From an uncultured Chloroflexia bacterium (GTDB taxonomy: Bacteria > Chloroflexota > Dehalococcoidia > DSTF01 > JALHUB01): a stretch of 64,000 bases of DNA. The position numbers and the translations under genes are program-made. Positions 17,013 through 27,041 of this stretch are shown here, piece by piece (position 1 is the first letter of the stretch; each line of letters starts with the position of its first letter). The stretch is taken from the NCBI GenBank assembly GCA_963835655.1, contig CAWIGJ010000003.1, positions 305,016 to 369,015 of the forward strand, given 5' to 3'. The notes under the pieces were generated by a model that saw only the letters and a program-made list of their open reading frames with translations, had not been told where the DNA came from and searched no databases.

Positions 17013-19550
17013 ATGCCTCAGAGCCGACCGTTTCATGCTCTTCGTCCCGAAGCGGAGCCCGCCATTCGGCCTCCTTTTGAAGTGGGCCCGGAGGAGAAGA
17101 AGTGGCGGCAGTTCCACGTCCGGCGCTACAGGCGCTTTCGAAGTCATCTGTCGCTGAGATCGTATTCGCCGCCGCGGGTCATGATCCTCTTCGCCGTGGC
17201 GCCGCTGTTGATCGCGCCGATCATCGTCGCCTTGGGCGGGATGTTCTTTCATTATTACAACAGCGTGGCGGGGAGTATCATTCCGCCGGACGAGGCGATT
17301 GCTCTGAACGGTGGCGGGGCACGCATCCTCGACCGGAACGGCAACCTCCTCTATCAGTTCCTCGATGACAAGCACGGCTTCCAGGAATGGGTCTCGTTGC
17401 AGGACACGTCCCCGTGGATTCAGAAGGCGACGATCGCCGTGGAAGACCCGGACTTCTACTCCAATCCGGGAATCAGCATACGCGGACTGGCGAGGGCTGT
17501 CTGGGAGAACCTGGCGCCGGGCCACGACCTGATGGAAGGAACGGGCGGTAGCTCGATAACGCAGCAACTTGCAAAGCAGCTGTACTTCACACAAGCGGAG
17601 CGCGGCGAGCGAACGGTTAGCCGCAAGGCGCGGGAGATGGCGATCGCGCTGGAACTGACGCGCCAGTATAGCAAGGATCAGATCCTCGAATGGTACCTGA
17701 ACATCATCCCCTACGGTAGCGTGTACACGGGGATAGAGGAGGCTTCGGAGCGCTATTTCAGCATCCCGGCGTCGGACCTCAACCTGGCGCAGGCAGCGTT
17801 CCTGGCCGGCCTGCCGCAATCGCCGTCGCGCTATGACCCGATAACCAATTTCGCGGCGGCAAAGGACCGGCAGATAGAGGTGCTGGACCTGATGGTGAAG
17901 CACGGCTTCATCACGCAGACGGAGGCCGATTGGACCAAGTTCGCTGACCTCCAGTTCAATCCGTCGCTGATGCCGTTTGAGGCGCCTCATTTCGTAATGT
18001 ACGTCGCTGACTACATCCGGGCGACCCTGGGCGAGGACGCGCTGCTGCACGGCGGACTCGTCGTGCAGACGACGCTGGATCTCAACCTCAACAACAAGGC
18101 GCAGCAGTTGCTGGAGCAGCACCTGAGCGAGAACGAGTCGTACACAAACGCGCACAACGGCTCGGTCATTGTCATTGACCCAAAAACGGGGCAGATACTC
18201 GCCATGGTCGGCAGCCGCGACTATTTCCGGGATGACATCGACGGGGAGGTGAACAACGCTCTGGCGGTGCGATCGCCGGGCTCGGCGTTGAAGCCTTTTA
18301 CCTACGTGACGGCCTTCATGCAGGGGTGGAGTCCAGACTGGCCAATTATCGACACTCCTATCAACTACGTAGACCTTGACGGCAAGACGTTCAGCCCAAC
18401 CAACCCCAGCAATGGCCAAACGTACGGTGTGATTCCCGCCCGAGTGGCATTGGGGAACTCTCTCAACGTGTCCGCGTTCAAGACGATCCTCTGGGTGGGC
18501 GCGAACAACATGATCCAGACAGCGAGGGCGATGGGTATTACCACTCTCGATACGAACCTTGGACCTGACGTCACGCTTGGCGGCGGGGATGTGAAGCTCA
18601 TTGACCTGACATATGCCTACAGCGTTTTCGCAAACGGCGGCACGATGGCCGGCGCGCCGACTATCCTTTCGTTGCCGGAGGGGAGCCGCAGACTGGACCC
18701 GATTTGTGTCCTGAAGGCAACCGACTCAACTGGCAAGGTGCTCATCGACAATACAGTCTCGCAGACTCAGCCTGTCATCAAGCCAGAATACGCCTACATG
18801 ATCAGCAGCATTCTCTCAAACGATGACGACAGATCACTGACATTTGGAACCGGCAGCGTTCTGAACATTCCCGGCTGGCAGGCGGCAGTGAAGTCCGGCA
18901 CGAGCGAGCCGTTCGAGAACGTCAACCCGGCCGATGCGGCGATGCACTATACGGACGACACCTGGTCCGTCGGCTACACGAATGACGTGGCGGTAGGGGT
19001 CTGGATTGGCAATAGCGATAACAGCCGCATGCAGCACATGTACAGCACGACTATCGCCGCGCCGCTCTGGCACGATGTGATGCTGGCGGCGCTGGAAGGC
19101 AAGACGCCGACGAACTTCGTCCAGCCGCCTGGACTGGTGCGAGCGACGGTCTGCGTCCCCAGCGGCATACCGGTGACTCCGGGAGTGAAGTGTCCGAGCG
19201 TCACCGGCCTCTTCGCCTCGGATGCGCTGGCGATTGAGGCGACGAACCACTGGGGCGGAGAGGAACTCAACGGGTTGGTCTCCGCGAACGTTTGCTCCAC
19301 CTGCATTCCAAACCAGATTCAGGGCTGGAAGCGTTACCTGGCGATGGAGTATCTGGGGCGATACGGTGGATCATATTCGACGAATGCGTCGGGCAGTTCT
19401 GTTTCAACGCCTCGGGCGACGACGAATGGCGTTCCGCAGGTGCCCACATCGCCCCCTGCGGCCGCGACGCCTGTGCCACAACCGACACAGGCGATCCCGG
19501 AGGTGCCGACGCCGATGTACTTCCCGCCTATAGGGAATTACAACCATTGA
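17013..19550 (+). CDS. Penicillin-binding protein 1A (bifunctional transglycosylase/transpeptidase) with Pro/Thr-rich C-terminal tail
   Basis: 845 aa; GT51-like motifs (EDPDFY, RKAREMAIA), transpeptidase-like SxxK/KSGT; N-terminal TM anchor. Confidence 0.85.
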   Translation: MPQSRPFHALRPEAEPAIRPPFEVGPEEKKWRQFHVRRYRRFRSHLSLRSYSPPRVMILFAVAPLLIAPIIVALGGMFFHYYNSVAGSIIPPDEAIALNGGGARILDRNGNLLYQFLDDKHGFQEWVSLQDTSPWIQKATIAVEDPDFYSNPGISIRGLARAVWENLAPGHDLMEGTGGSSITQQLAKQLYFTQAERGERTVSRKAREMAIALELTRQYSKDQILEWYLNIIPYGSVYTGIEEASERYFSIPASDLNLAQAAFLAGLPQSPSRYDPITNFAAAKDRQIEVLDLMVKHGFITQTEADWTKFADLQFNPSLMPFEAPHFVMYVADYIRATLGEDALLHGGLVVQTTLDLNLNNKAQQLLEQHLSENESYTNAHNGSVIVIDPKTGQILAMVGSRDYFRDDIDGEVNNALAVRSPGSALKPFTYVTAFMQGWSPDWPIIDTPINYVDLDGKTFSPTNPSNGQTYGVIPARVALGNSLNVSAFKTILWVGANNMIQTARAMGITTLDTNLGPDVTLGGGDVKLIDLTYAYSVFANGGTMAGAPTILSLPEGSRRLDPICVLKATDSTGKVLIDNTVSQTQPVIKPEYAYMISSILSNDDDRSLTFGTGSVLNIPGWQAAVKSGTSEPFENVNPADAAMHYTDDTWSVGYTNDVAVGVWIGNSDNSRMQHMYSTTIAAPLWHDVMLAALEGKTPTNFVQPPGLVRATVCVPSGIPVTPGVKCPSVTGLFASDALAIEATNHWGGEELNGLVSANVCSTCIPNQIQGWKRYLAMEYLGRYGGSYSTNASGSSVSTPRATTNGVPQVPTSPPAAATPVPQPTQAIPEVPTPMYFPPIGNYNH

Positions 19551-19589
19551 AGCTCTGCTGTTCTGCTGTGGAAGGCAGGGATATGAAGA

Positions 19590-19614
19590 GGGGCCGCTCG
19601 GCAAGAGCGGCCCC
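19590..19614. terminator. Perfect 10-bp stem / 5-nt loop hairpin between convergent PBP1A and encapsulin genes
   Basis: GGGGCCGCTC ggcaa GAGCGGCCCC. Confidence 0.55.
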
Positions 19615-19652
19615 GAATGCGCCTGCGCGTTCGCAGCGAGAGATGACGTTGC

Positions 19653-20504
19653 TTAGGGCGACGACGCAGGCCGTCGTGTACGTTCTTGCCGCGCGGCAGT
19701 TCGTGGTTGCTCCTCTGTCAGAGAGCAGATCGCGCCGGGACGTCGGACTATCGGAGCCAGGGTTTCCACGATCGCGAAGTCCAGCATCTCCTTCGTCGGA
19801 CCGATAAAGGCGATCGTCATGTCCTGTCCGAGGGCGATCGAGGCGTAAATACGACCGGTATTGATTATGAGACCTCCGGTCTCCAATACCGGTGCCTTGA
19901 ATACGCCTTCCGTCGCTATCGTCTGCACCTGCTCCAACTCGCTAAAGGCGCCGATCGGGTGGCGGCGGTAAAGCTGGTCATAGCGCGTGGGCGATAGGAC
20001 AAGGGCGTAGGGTCCGTGGAAGCCCGCGTTGTCGAGGATCGTGACGCCGGTGATGATGTCGCCGGCAGCGGTGCCGAGATCATCCCAAGCGGCCAGGGCA
20101 TGTGTATTGATGCCCTCGTAGCAGAGGAAGCCGGGCAGCGGCGGCGGACATCCCTGTAAGAGAACCTTATCCTCGTGCTGAGCGGCGCGGATCGCAGCGT
20201 CGATGAGCGGATTCAGGTTCAGCGGCAGGCCGTCCCGTTCATAGGCCGCGAGGTCGCGTTTGCTGAGCGAGAACGGCGTGGCGATGTGGGACAAGGGGAT
20301 CGAAGAACTGGCATATACGTCTTCTTCGATCTCTATGTCTTCAAGCGGCACGGACTTCAGGCCGAACCCGTAGGGGCCTTCGATGGACAATATGCGTCGG
20401 GCGACCAGGACGCTTCTGGCGGCCTCGACCATCGCGGCGTCCATGACCTTCCAGGTTTCCGGCTCAATGGGAGCGTCGTCTCTAAGCAGGTATCTGTCGT
20501 TCAT
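19653..20504 (-). CDS. Family 1 encapsulin shell protein (linocin M18-like)
   Basis: 283 aa; N-terminus MNDRYLLRDDAPIEPETWKVMDAAMVEAAR... resembles HK97-fold encapsulins. Confidence 0.85.
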   Translation of the reverse strand: MNDRYLLRDDAPIEPETWKVMDAAMVEAARSVLVARRILSIEGPYGFGLKSVPLEDIEIEEDVYASSSIPLSHIATPFSLSKRDLAAYERDGLPLNLNPLIDAAIRAAQHEDKVLLQGCPPPLPGFLCYEGINTHALAAWDDLGTAAGDIITGVTILDNAGFHGPYALVLSPTRYDQLYRRHPIGAFSELEQVQTIATEGVFKAPVLETGGLIINTGRIYASIALGQDMTIAFIGPTKEMLDFAIVETLAPIVRRPGAICSLTEEQPRTAARQERTRRPASSP

Positions 20505-20540
20505 CAGGCTCCTCCTTAAGCGTAGTTGCGCTTGCGCTCG

Positions 20541-20900
20541 TTACTCCTTCAACGAGCCGATAGTCATCTGATTCTCGACGGCGTCGGTCTGCGGCATCCC
20601 TTCCGCGGCCGCCATTTCGTTGACCTCCTGTGCCCCCTCAGCGTGGGTGGTATCTTCCTCGCCTTCGGTAAGGATGCTGAGCAGCCGCAGGAATTCGCCC
20701 GAGTGCACCCGCTCCTCTCTCGCGATGTCCAGCAACACCCGTTTTACGAAGGGATTGTCCGTTGCCTCAGCTTGGGCAGTGTAGATGTGCGTTGCCTCTT
20801 CTTCCGCTGCTACGTCTAGCCTGATGGCCCGGATTAGTTCACCCAGTGTGAGGCTCCGCTCCGAAACCATTCCTCGGAAGGGGTCGACGAATTCCGGCAT
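20541..20900 (-). CDS. Encapsulated ferritin-like protein (EncFtn/Flp cargo) with C-terminal targeting peptide
   Basis: 119 aa ferritin-like (E..H motifs); C-terminus ...MTIGSLKE matches encapsulin cargo-loading peptide; directly upstream of shell gene. Confidence 0.8.
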   Translation of the reverse strand: MPEFVDPFRGMVSERSLTLGELIRAIRLDVAAEEEATHIYTAQAEATDNPFVKRVLLDIAREERVHSGEFLRLLSILTEGEEDTTHAEGAQEVNEMAAAEGMPQTDAVENQMTIGSLKE

Positions 20901-20936
20901 ATTGTCCTCCTTTTCGAAATTGTTGCCCTACGCTGG

Positions 20937-23692
20937 CTAGCCGTGCCGCTCGGCAACGGCGGCCTCTGGCTTCTCGGCCAGCAAGCGGCCGAGGTCGTGC
21001 TTCGCTTTCAGTATTTCTTTCCACGGATCGCCAGTCCTGGCGAGGCGGTCCGGGACGTTGATAATCGTGAAATCCGTCGGGTAGACGCTTGCGAGTTCCT
21101 CCCACGACAGCGGCACGGCCACGCTTGCGTCCGGCGAAGGCCGCGGCGAATAGGCGGAAGCCAGAGTCTTGCCGCGCGAGTTCTGGTTATGATCGAAGAA
21201 GACCTTTCCCTTGCGCTTGCGCACCGACCACTCCATCGTGATGTCCTGCGGGTGCTGCCGTATCAGATAGCCGCCGACGGCTCCGGCTGCGGCGCGCACG
21301 GTGTCGTAGTCAAAGTGGCGGAGAATGGGCACGTAGATGTGCAGTCCGGTTCGGCCCGAGGTCTTGACGAACGGCGTCAGCGAAAGCGACATCACTGCCT
21401 CTCGCAGCCAGTACGCAACCTCCCGTGTCTTCGCGAAGGCGGCGCGATTTAGCTCCGGCTCGTCGCCCTCCTTCTCTTTACCTGAATAGAGATAGGGTCC
21501 AAGTCGAAAACGATGTAGTCCGGGTAGTTGAGCGCGGAACCGCGTATGTTCTCCAAGGAGCCGGAGAACTTCGTCGTCAGGTGCTTTCCATCCGGTTCCG
21601 GGTCGACTCGTGAGTACCAGGTATGTAGTTCTATGTCGGCGATCTGGCCAAGCCAGAGGAGCGTCGGCAGGTTGTTGCAGAGGAGGTACTCCCGGTCGCC
21701 CTCCGTGTCCGAAAACAGCAGCACGGTATCGACGAAAGGCGGCAAAGGATCCGCCCAGTGCTTCTGAAAGAAGCTCTCGCCGTAGATGCCGTCCGGGTAG
21801 CGCTTGAGGGTCAGCGGCCGGTCCTTGATATGTGGTAGGAGCCAGGGCGAAACCTTTGTCAGGTAGACCAGGAGGTCTAGCTTGGTCAGATCGCGCTGCT
21901 TTCCCTGGGCCGGCCAGAAGACCTTGTCGAGATTGCTGAGCTCTATGCGATGGCCTTCGACGTTCAACCTCAGCTTGTCCTTCGCCGCCGAAAGCTGCTC
22001 GAGAACGTCTTCGATCGCCTTCTTGCCCTTGGCTGCTTTCGGGCCCGGAGGGTCGTCGTCGCGATGTTTTTTGCCTTCTGAGGGTGTGGAAACGACTGCC
22101 ACGCGCTCTGTCTCCCTTGCCGGCTTGTCCTCGCGGAGGCGCACGAACACCGGCGCGCGCAGGCGGCCGTCGCCGGTCCGCTCAGCGAACTTGACTTCGG
22201 CCACCAGTTCTGGCTTCACCCATGTCGCTTCGGTGCGGCCGCTGACTTCGCCGCTGAAGGGCGACCGTTCAGTCCGCAGTCCATCCAGCTGCCTTCGCAA
22301 CTCCTTGAGCAAACGGTCGTCGAAGCCGGTGCCGACGTGGCCGGCGTGGCGTAGTTTCCCGTCCTTGTCGTACTGGCCGAGGATGAGCGCGCCGAAGGTG
22401 TCGTCGCGGGCGCCGGTGCCTTGGCTGAAGCCGCCTATCGTGAACTCGTCGCTCAGGGTCGCCTTCACTTTGAGCCAGAGCCGCGAGCGCTCGCCGGAAC
22501 GATACTGGCTGTCGCGGCGCTTGGCCATCACGCCCTCCAGGCCGTGTTCCACAGCCGCCTCGTAAGCGGCCTCACCCTCTTCCGGGAACTGGTCGATGAG
22601 TCGCACGCGGTCGCTGGTCACTAGCGTTCGTTCGAGCTGCCTTCGACGTTGCTCGAAGGGCACGGCACGGAGGTCGTAACCGTCGCTATAAAGGAGGTCG
22701 AAGACATAGTACAGGACGGGTATCTGCGCGTCGGCGCGGCGGATGTCAGGCTCTTTCTGGAGGTTCATCCGTTGTTGAAGCCTCTGAAACGAAGGCCGCC
22801 CTTCTCCGTCCGGCGCGACGACTTCCCCATCGAGGACCATCTGGCCGGGCTGGCCGGTTAGTTCCTCACCAAGGGACGGATAGGTCCGCGTCACGTCCCT
22901 GCCGCCCCGCGAGATAAGCTTCGACTTGCCGTTGTCGATCAGGGTAATGGCCCGCAGTCCGTCCAGCTTTGGCTCGAACACCCAATCCGGATGCGAAAAC
23001 GGCTTTTCGGCTAGCGTCGCGAGCATAGGCGCGACGGTGTTGGGAAATGGCGCCCTGCGGGCTCCCCGAAGATCGGCGACGGAGTGGGATTCTGCCGGCA
23101 TCTGCGACGGACGCGCGCCTTCCCGTAGGTCCTCCACCGTCAGCCCCGAAACGACCGACCGGTCCTCCTTCAGGACGTCGCGAATCGGCGTATCATCGCG
23201 GTGCTTGATGAGGAGCCAGTCCTTCTCGCCGCGCTTCGACTTTACGAGCGTCCAGGATCCTCTCAGCTTCTCGCCGTCGAGGACAAAGCCTATTTTGCCT
23301 TCAGATAGACCGCGACGCATCAGCTCCTCGCCTTCGCCGCGCTGGAACGTCCGGCGTCCTTCTTCTTCCGGCGCGTAGCTGCCATGATCCCAGATGATCA
23401 CCTCGCCGGCGCCGTACTCGCCTTCCGGGATCACGCCTTCGAAGTTGCCGTAGTCCAGCGGATGGTCTTCGACCATTACAGCCAGGTGCTTGTCGTTCGG
23501 GTTCAACGACGGCCCTTTCGGAACGGCCCATGATTTGAATGCGCCGTCAACCTCCAGACGAAGGTCATAATGGAGGCGTCGGGCGTCGTGCTTGTGGATG
23601 ACGAAGCGAAGGGGCCCACTTGACCGCCGGGCGCGGGGCGCCGGTTCAGAGGTCTTCTCCAGACGCCGCTTTTTAGCGTATTCGTCGAGCAT
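20937..23692 (-). CDS. ligD: Multidomain ATP-dependent DNA ligase LigD (phosphoesterase-ligase-polymerase) with apparent frameshift near 21440-21480
   Basis: ORF 21449..23692 encodes PE domain (HYDLRLE), ligase domain (EPKLDGLRA) and start of Pol domain; remainder of Pol domain (FVKTSGRTGLHIYVP...DHNQN) is in ORF 20937..21395 in another frame. Confidence 0.8.
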
Positions 23693-23713
23693 CCCTGCTT
23701 GTCACCCGAAGCC

Positions 23714-24535
23714 TTAACTTGCTTTGCGGCGCTGACGTGCCGTTTCGCGGCTCGGCGGTTCCTCCGGACGCCGTTGCTTCGCCGCCTCCACGCTCTGGCG
23801 CAACGCGGCCATAAGGTCGACCACCTTCCCGGCCGGGGCGGGCGGCGCCACCACCTCCTGACCCTTGCGCTTCGCGTCGATAAGTTCCATCAGTGCCTGA
23901 CGGTACTCGTCGTGGTACCGCGTTGGATCGAAGTGGTCGGACAGCACATCGACAAGGGCGGTTGCCATCTGCATTTCTCGGTCGCTGACCTGCGCGGTTG
24001 ACATCTCGATGCCCTTCTCGACCCGAATTTCGTCGGGATAGTAGAGCGTCTCCAGCACGAGGGTACTGTCTTGGGGACGGAGGACGCAGAGCTGCTCTTT
24101 GTTGCGAATCGCGATCTTCGCCATGCCGACGAGCTTCTTGTCTTCGAGCACCTTCATCAGGAGGCCGTAGGCCTTGGCGCCTTCTTCGCGAGGGGCCAGG
24201 TAGTAGCTCTTCTCATAGTAGATGGGGTCTATCTCGTCGGCATCGACGAAGGCGGTCAGCTCGACGGTGTGTTTGCTCGGCAGAGGGAGCTTTTCGAAGT
24301 CCCCGTCGGTGAGGACAACGTACTCGTTTTTGCCATATTCGAAGCCCCGCACCGTCTCGTCCCAATCAACGGCTCGCTCATGATAGGGGCACCAGCGCAC
24401 TTGCTTGACGCGCGTGCCGCACTCCTCATGCAAGAGATGGAAAGAGACGTCTTTGTCCTGCGTGGCCGGAAACAGGTTGACAGGAATGCTGACCATCCCG
24501 AAGCTGATCACCCCGCTCCATATCGATCGAGGCAT
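23714..24535 (-). CDS. ku: Ku protein (NHEJ)
   Basis: Ku-core-like N-terminus MPRSIWSGVISFGMVSIPVNLF...; probable start inside ORF 23714..24664. Confidence 0.85.
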   Translation of the reverse strand: MPRSIWSGVISFGMVSIPVNLFPATQDKDVSFHLLHEECGTRVKQVRWCPYHERAVDWDETVRGFEYGKNEYVVLTDGDFEKLPLPSKHTVELTAFVDADEIDPIYYEKSYYLAPREEGAKAYGLLMKVLEDKKLVGMAKIAIRNKEQLCVLRPQDSTLVLETLYYPDEIRVEKGIEMSTAQVSDREMQMATALVDVLSDHFDPTRYHDEYRQALMELIDAKRKGQEVVAPPAPAGKVVDLMAALRQSVEAAKQRRPEEPPSRETARQRRKAS

Positions 24536-24761
24536 TGTTCCGCTGCTTTCTGTGTCTAGCCCCTGCGGGCCAGCCTTGGGAAGGGAAAGGTCGAGAGATC
24601 CCCCTCTCGACCCTCCCAACTCGTTATTCGAAGGCGAACCGGCCAGTCCCGGCAACTCGGGCACTTAGCTCCCTCTCGTGCCCGCTCTCCCTAGGTTTGC
24701 CAGCGCGACTCTCCTTGACGTTCCGGGATCAGCCGGCTCGCCCCGTTCCCTTCTGAAGTGC

Positions 24762-25139
24762 CTAACGGATGCTCGCTGGCAGCACCAGCGGCTTGTAATC
24801 GGCGGCGATGAGCAATTCGTCCATCTCGTCGACGCTAAGCTCAAGGCCCCAACAACCCAGCAGGACGAGAGCATCCCTGCTCGGATTAAGGCGGTCCCCG
24901 GAAAGCAGGCGGGAGACGTAGCTATCAGCCAACCAGCAATCCCGCGCTATCTGCGCCTGGGTTTTGCCCTTTTGCCGGCGAAGCCGTTCGCAGTACTTTC
25001 CGAGGAGAATCGTCAGCGGCAATCGCTCCTCCGGCTCATGAACGCGGGCTGCGTCCTGTCCCGTCGAGAAGTGGTTGTCGGCGCCTGGCCCCGGTCGCAC
25101 GCTCAGCACCCGAATCCTCCACTGGGGTTGACTTGCCAC
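24762..25139 (-). CDS. XRE-family helix-turn-helix transcription regulator
   Basis: HTH segment KTQAQIARDCWLADSYVSRLLSG. Confidence 0.55.
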   Translation of the reverse strand: MASQPQWRIRVLSVRPGPGADNHFSTGQDAARVHEPEERLPLTILLGKYCERLRRQKGKTQAQIARDCWLADSYVSRLLSGDRLNPSRDALVLLGCWGLELSVDEMDELLIAADYKPLVLPASIR

Positions 25140-25191
25140 CTGCCGCTGACTTCTCGTTGAGTTTAACGGACCGTCATGTATGCCATGTGAA

Positions 25192-25230
25192 GCAATGCAT
25201 CAGCGTCATGAAGAAAACGTGAAGATGGCT
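25192..25230. promoter_or_regulatory. GTGAAG / ATGAAG / GTGAAG repeats (21- and 11-bp phasing) with GAAAACG, between response-regulator paralog and XRE gene
   Basis: Read directly; same motif family as 16782..16827 and 16190..16200. Confidence 0.4.
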
Positions 25231-25246
25231 GCGGAGACGTCTGGGG

Positions 25247-25663
25247 TTAGGACGCTGCCTTTGCGACGTTGACCTGACCCTCCGGGCTCCTGCCTACAAG
25301 ACGGTCGAGAAGACGGATCAGGTCCCATAGATCAAAAGGCTTTGCCAGGAATGGGCTCTGTAAGGGACCGAAGCGCTTCTCGGCATCCTCTTCGTCGAGG
25401 GCGGACATGACGATCCAGGGTGTCCGGTGCGCTGTCGACTGAAGATGGCGAAGGACATCGCCGCCGCGGCCGTCGGGCAAACATAGATCCAGAATAACGG
25501 CGTCATAGTTCGTTTCATCCATGGCCTTGAGCGCCTCTCGACCGGACTCCACACGCACCGTTTCGAAGCCATTGCTTCTCAGCGACAGGCGCAACATCCT
25601 CACAATGCCGTCATCGTCTTCAACGAGCAGAACCCTACGGTGTTTCGTCTTTTCCCGTGCCAT
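25247..25663 (-). CDS. Single-domain response regulator (CheY-like), paralog of 16295..16702
   Basis: VLLVEDDD...ILDLCLPDG...KPFDLWDLIRLL; same unusual C-terminal KPFDxWDLIRxL as the other copy. Confidence 0.8.
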   Translation of the reverse strand: MAREKTKHRRVLLVEDDDGIVRMLRLSLRSNGFETVRVESGREALKAMDETNYDAVILDLCLPDGRGGDVLRHLQSTAHRTPWIVMSALDEEDAEKRFGPLQSPFLAKPFDLWDLIRLLDRLVGRSPEGQVNVAKAAS

Positions 25664-26045
25664 TGTCACATGCCTGCCTGCTTTGCAACCTCTAATAATC
25701 ATCGGAAAACGTCATGCAACGCCCGTGATTATCGAGCGGTGATCGGTGAAGAATTCATGAAGAGAAGAAGCAAAATGAATAATCGCCTTAACAGAAGATC
25801 GCCCGAAGCGGACATTCATGCTCGCATGGACCATGATGAGGCGGACGGCACGGTATCGCCTTGTCCGGCTTAAGCCGCCAGCGTCTCCATGACCTGCTGC
25901 CTGCCTGTCGAGCGCCTGCGCCTTGATCGCCTTCCTAGCGGATGCTACTATCGTCGAGGCTAAAGACGCTGGCCACGGAGGGGACCACCCCTCTTTCTTT
26001 TACTGCCGAAACGGCCGCGTCTTGCCGGAGTATGCTGTGGCTGAG

Positions 26046-27041
26046 ATGACGAAGCGAGAGCGAGTAACGGCAGCGCTTGCCGGCGATGATGTTGACCATG
26101 TTCCCGTCTCCTTTTGGAGCCACGGTTACCTTCGTGAATGGTCGCCGTCTGATCTGGCCGAGGCGACGCTGGAACGCTACCTCCGGTTTGACTGGGACTT
26201 CGTCAAAGTCAATCCGCGAGCCAGTTACTATGCCGAAGCTTGGGGTAGTCGCTACGAGCCATCAGGCGATGCGCTACATGGCCCGGTGAACGTCGACTAC
26301 GTATTGAAGACCGCGCGCGACCTGGATAGGCTGGCGCCGGTAGATGTCCACGAGGGGCCGTTCGGCGAGCAACTGGCGGCGCTGCGGCTTATCGGCGAAA
26401 AGCTGACCGGAGACGCGCCTTTCATCCAGACCATCTTCTCGCCGCTGGCGGTCGTTGCTCGGCTGGCAAACGGTGATCTGGGATTCATCCGGCGATTGAT
26501 GCGCGAAGCGAGCGAGGCGTTGCATAGCGCGCTCGACGTTGTGACGCAGACGCTGGCGGACTATGGCAAGGCCAGCCTTGACGCCGGAGCCGATGGCATC
26601 TTCTTCGCCACCGTTGAATGGGCGACTTATGACGCGGCGACGCAGGAGCAGTACGCCGAGTTCGGCCGGCCTTACGACCTACGCGTGCTTTCGGCCGTTT
26701 CGGAAGCGCCGTTGAACGTTCTTCATGTCTGCCGGAAGCACAACATGCTGGAATCGATGCTCGACTACCCGGTCGCAGCCTTCAACTGGGCGGCGAACGA
26801 GTCTGGAAATCCATCTCTGGCCTCAATTCTAGAGAAGAGCGATAAGGCAGTGATGGGAGGCGTCGCCGTCAGCACCGTGAGCGAACGGACGGCTGGAGAG
26901 GTGACGGCGGAAGCCGAGGCGGCGCTGTCGGAGACGTCCGGCCGCCGTTTTTTGCTGGCGCCCGGCTGCTCCATCTCGCCGCAGACGCCGGAAGCAAATC
27001 TGCGGGCAGCGCTCGCGGTGGCCCGTTCGAGGCAGCGATGA
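26046..27041 (+). CDS. UroD-family protein (paralog 4)
   Basis: URO-D family-like; probable start MTKRERV within ORF 25923..27041. Confidence 0.7.
   Translation: MTKRERVTAALAGDDVDHVPVSFWSHGYLREWSPSDLAEATLERYLRFDWDFVKVNPRASYYAEAWGSRYEPSGDALHGPVNVDYVLKTARDLDRLAPVDVHEGPFGEQLAALRLIGEKLTGDAPFIQTIFSPLAVVARLANGDLGFIRRLMREASEALHSALDVVTQTLADYGKASLDAGADGIFFATVEWATYDAATQEQYAEFGRPYDLRVLSAVSEAPLNVLHVCRKHNMLESMLDYPVAAFNWAANESGNPSLASILEKSDKAVMGGVAVSTVSERTAGEVTAEAEAALSETSGRRFLLAPGCSISPQTPEANLRAALAVARSRQR

Noticed and set aside
17007-18419. 470 aa minus-strand ORF antisense to PBP1A
   Set aside because: Arg/Leu-rich low-complexity translation typical of the antisense frame of a high-GC gene. The plus-strand PBP1A has clear domain motifs.
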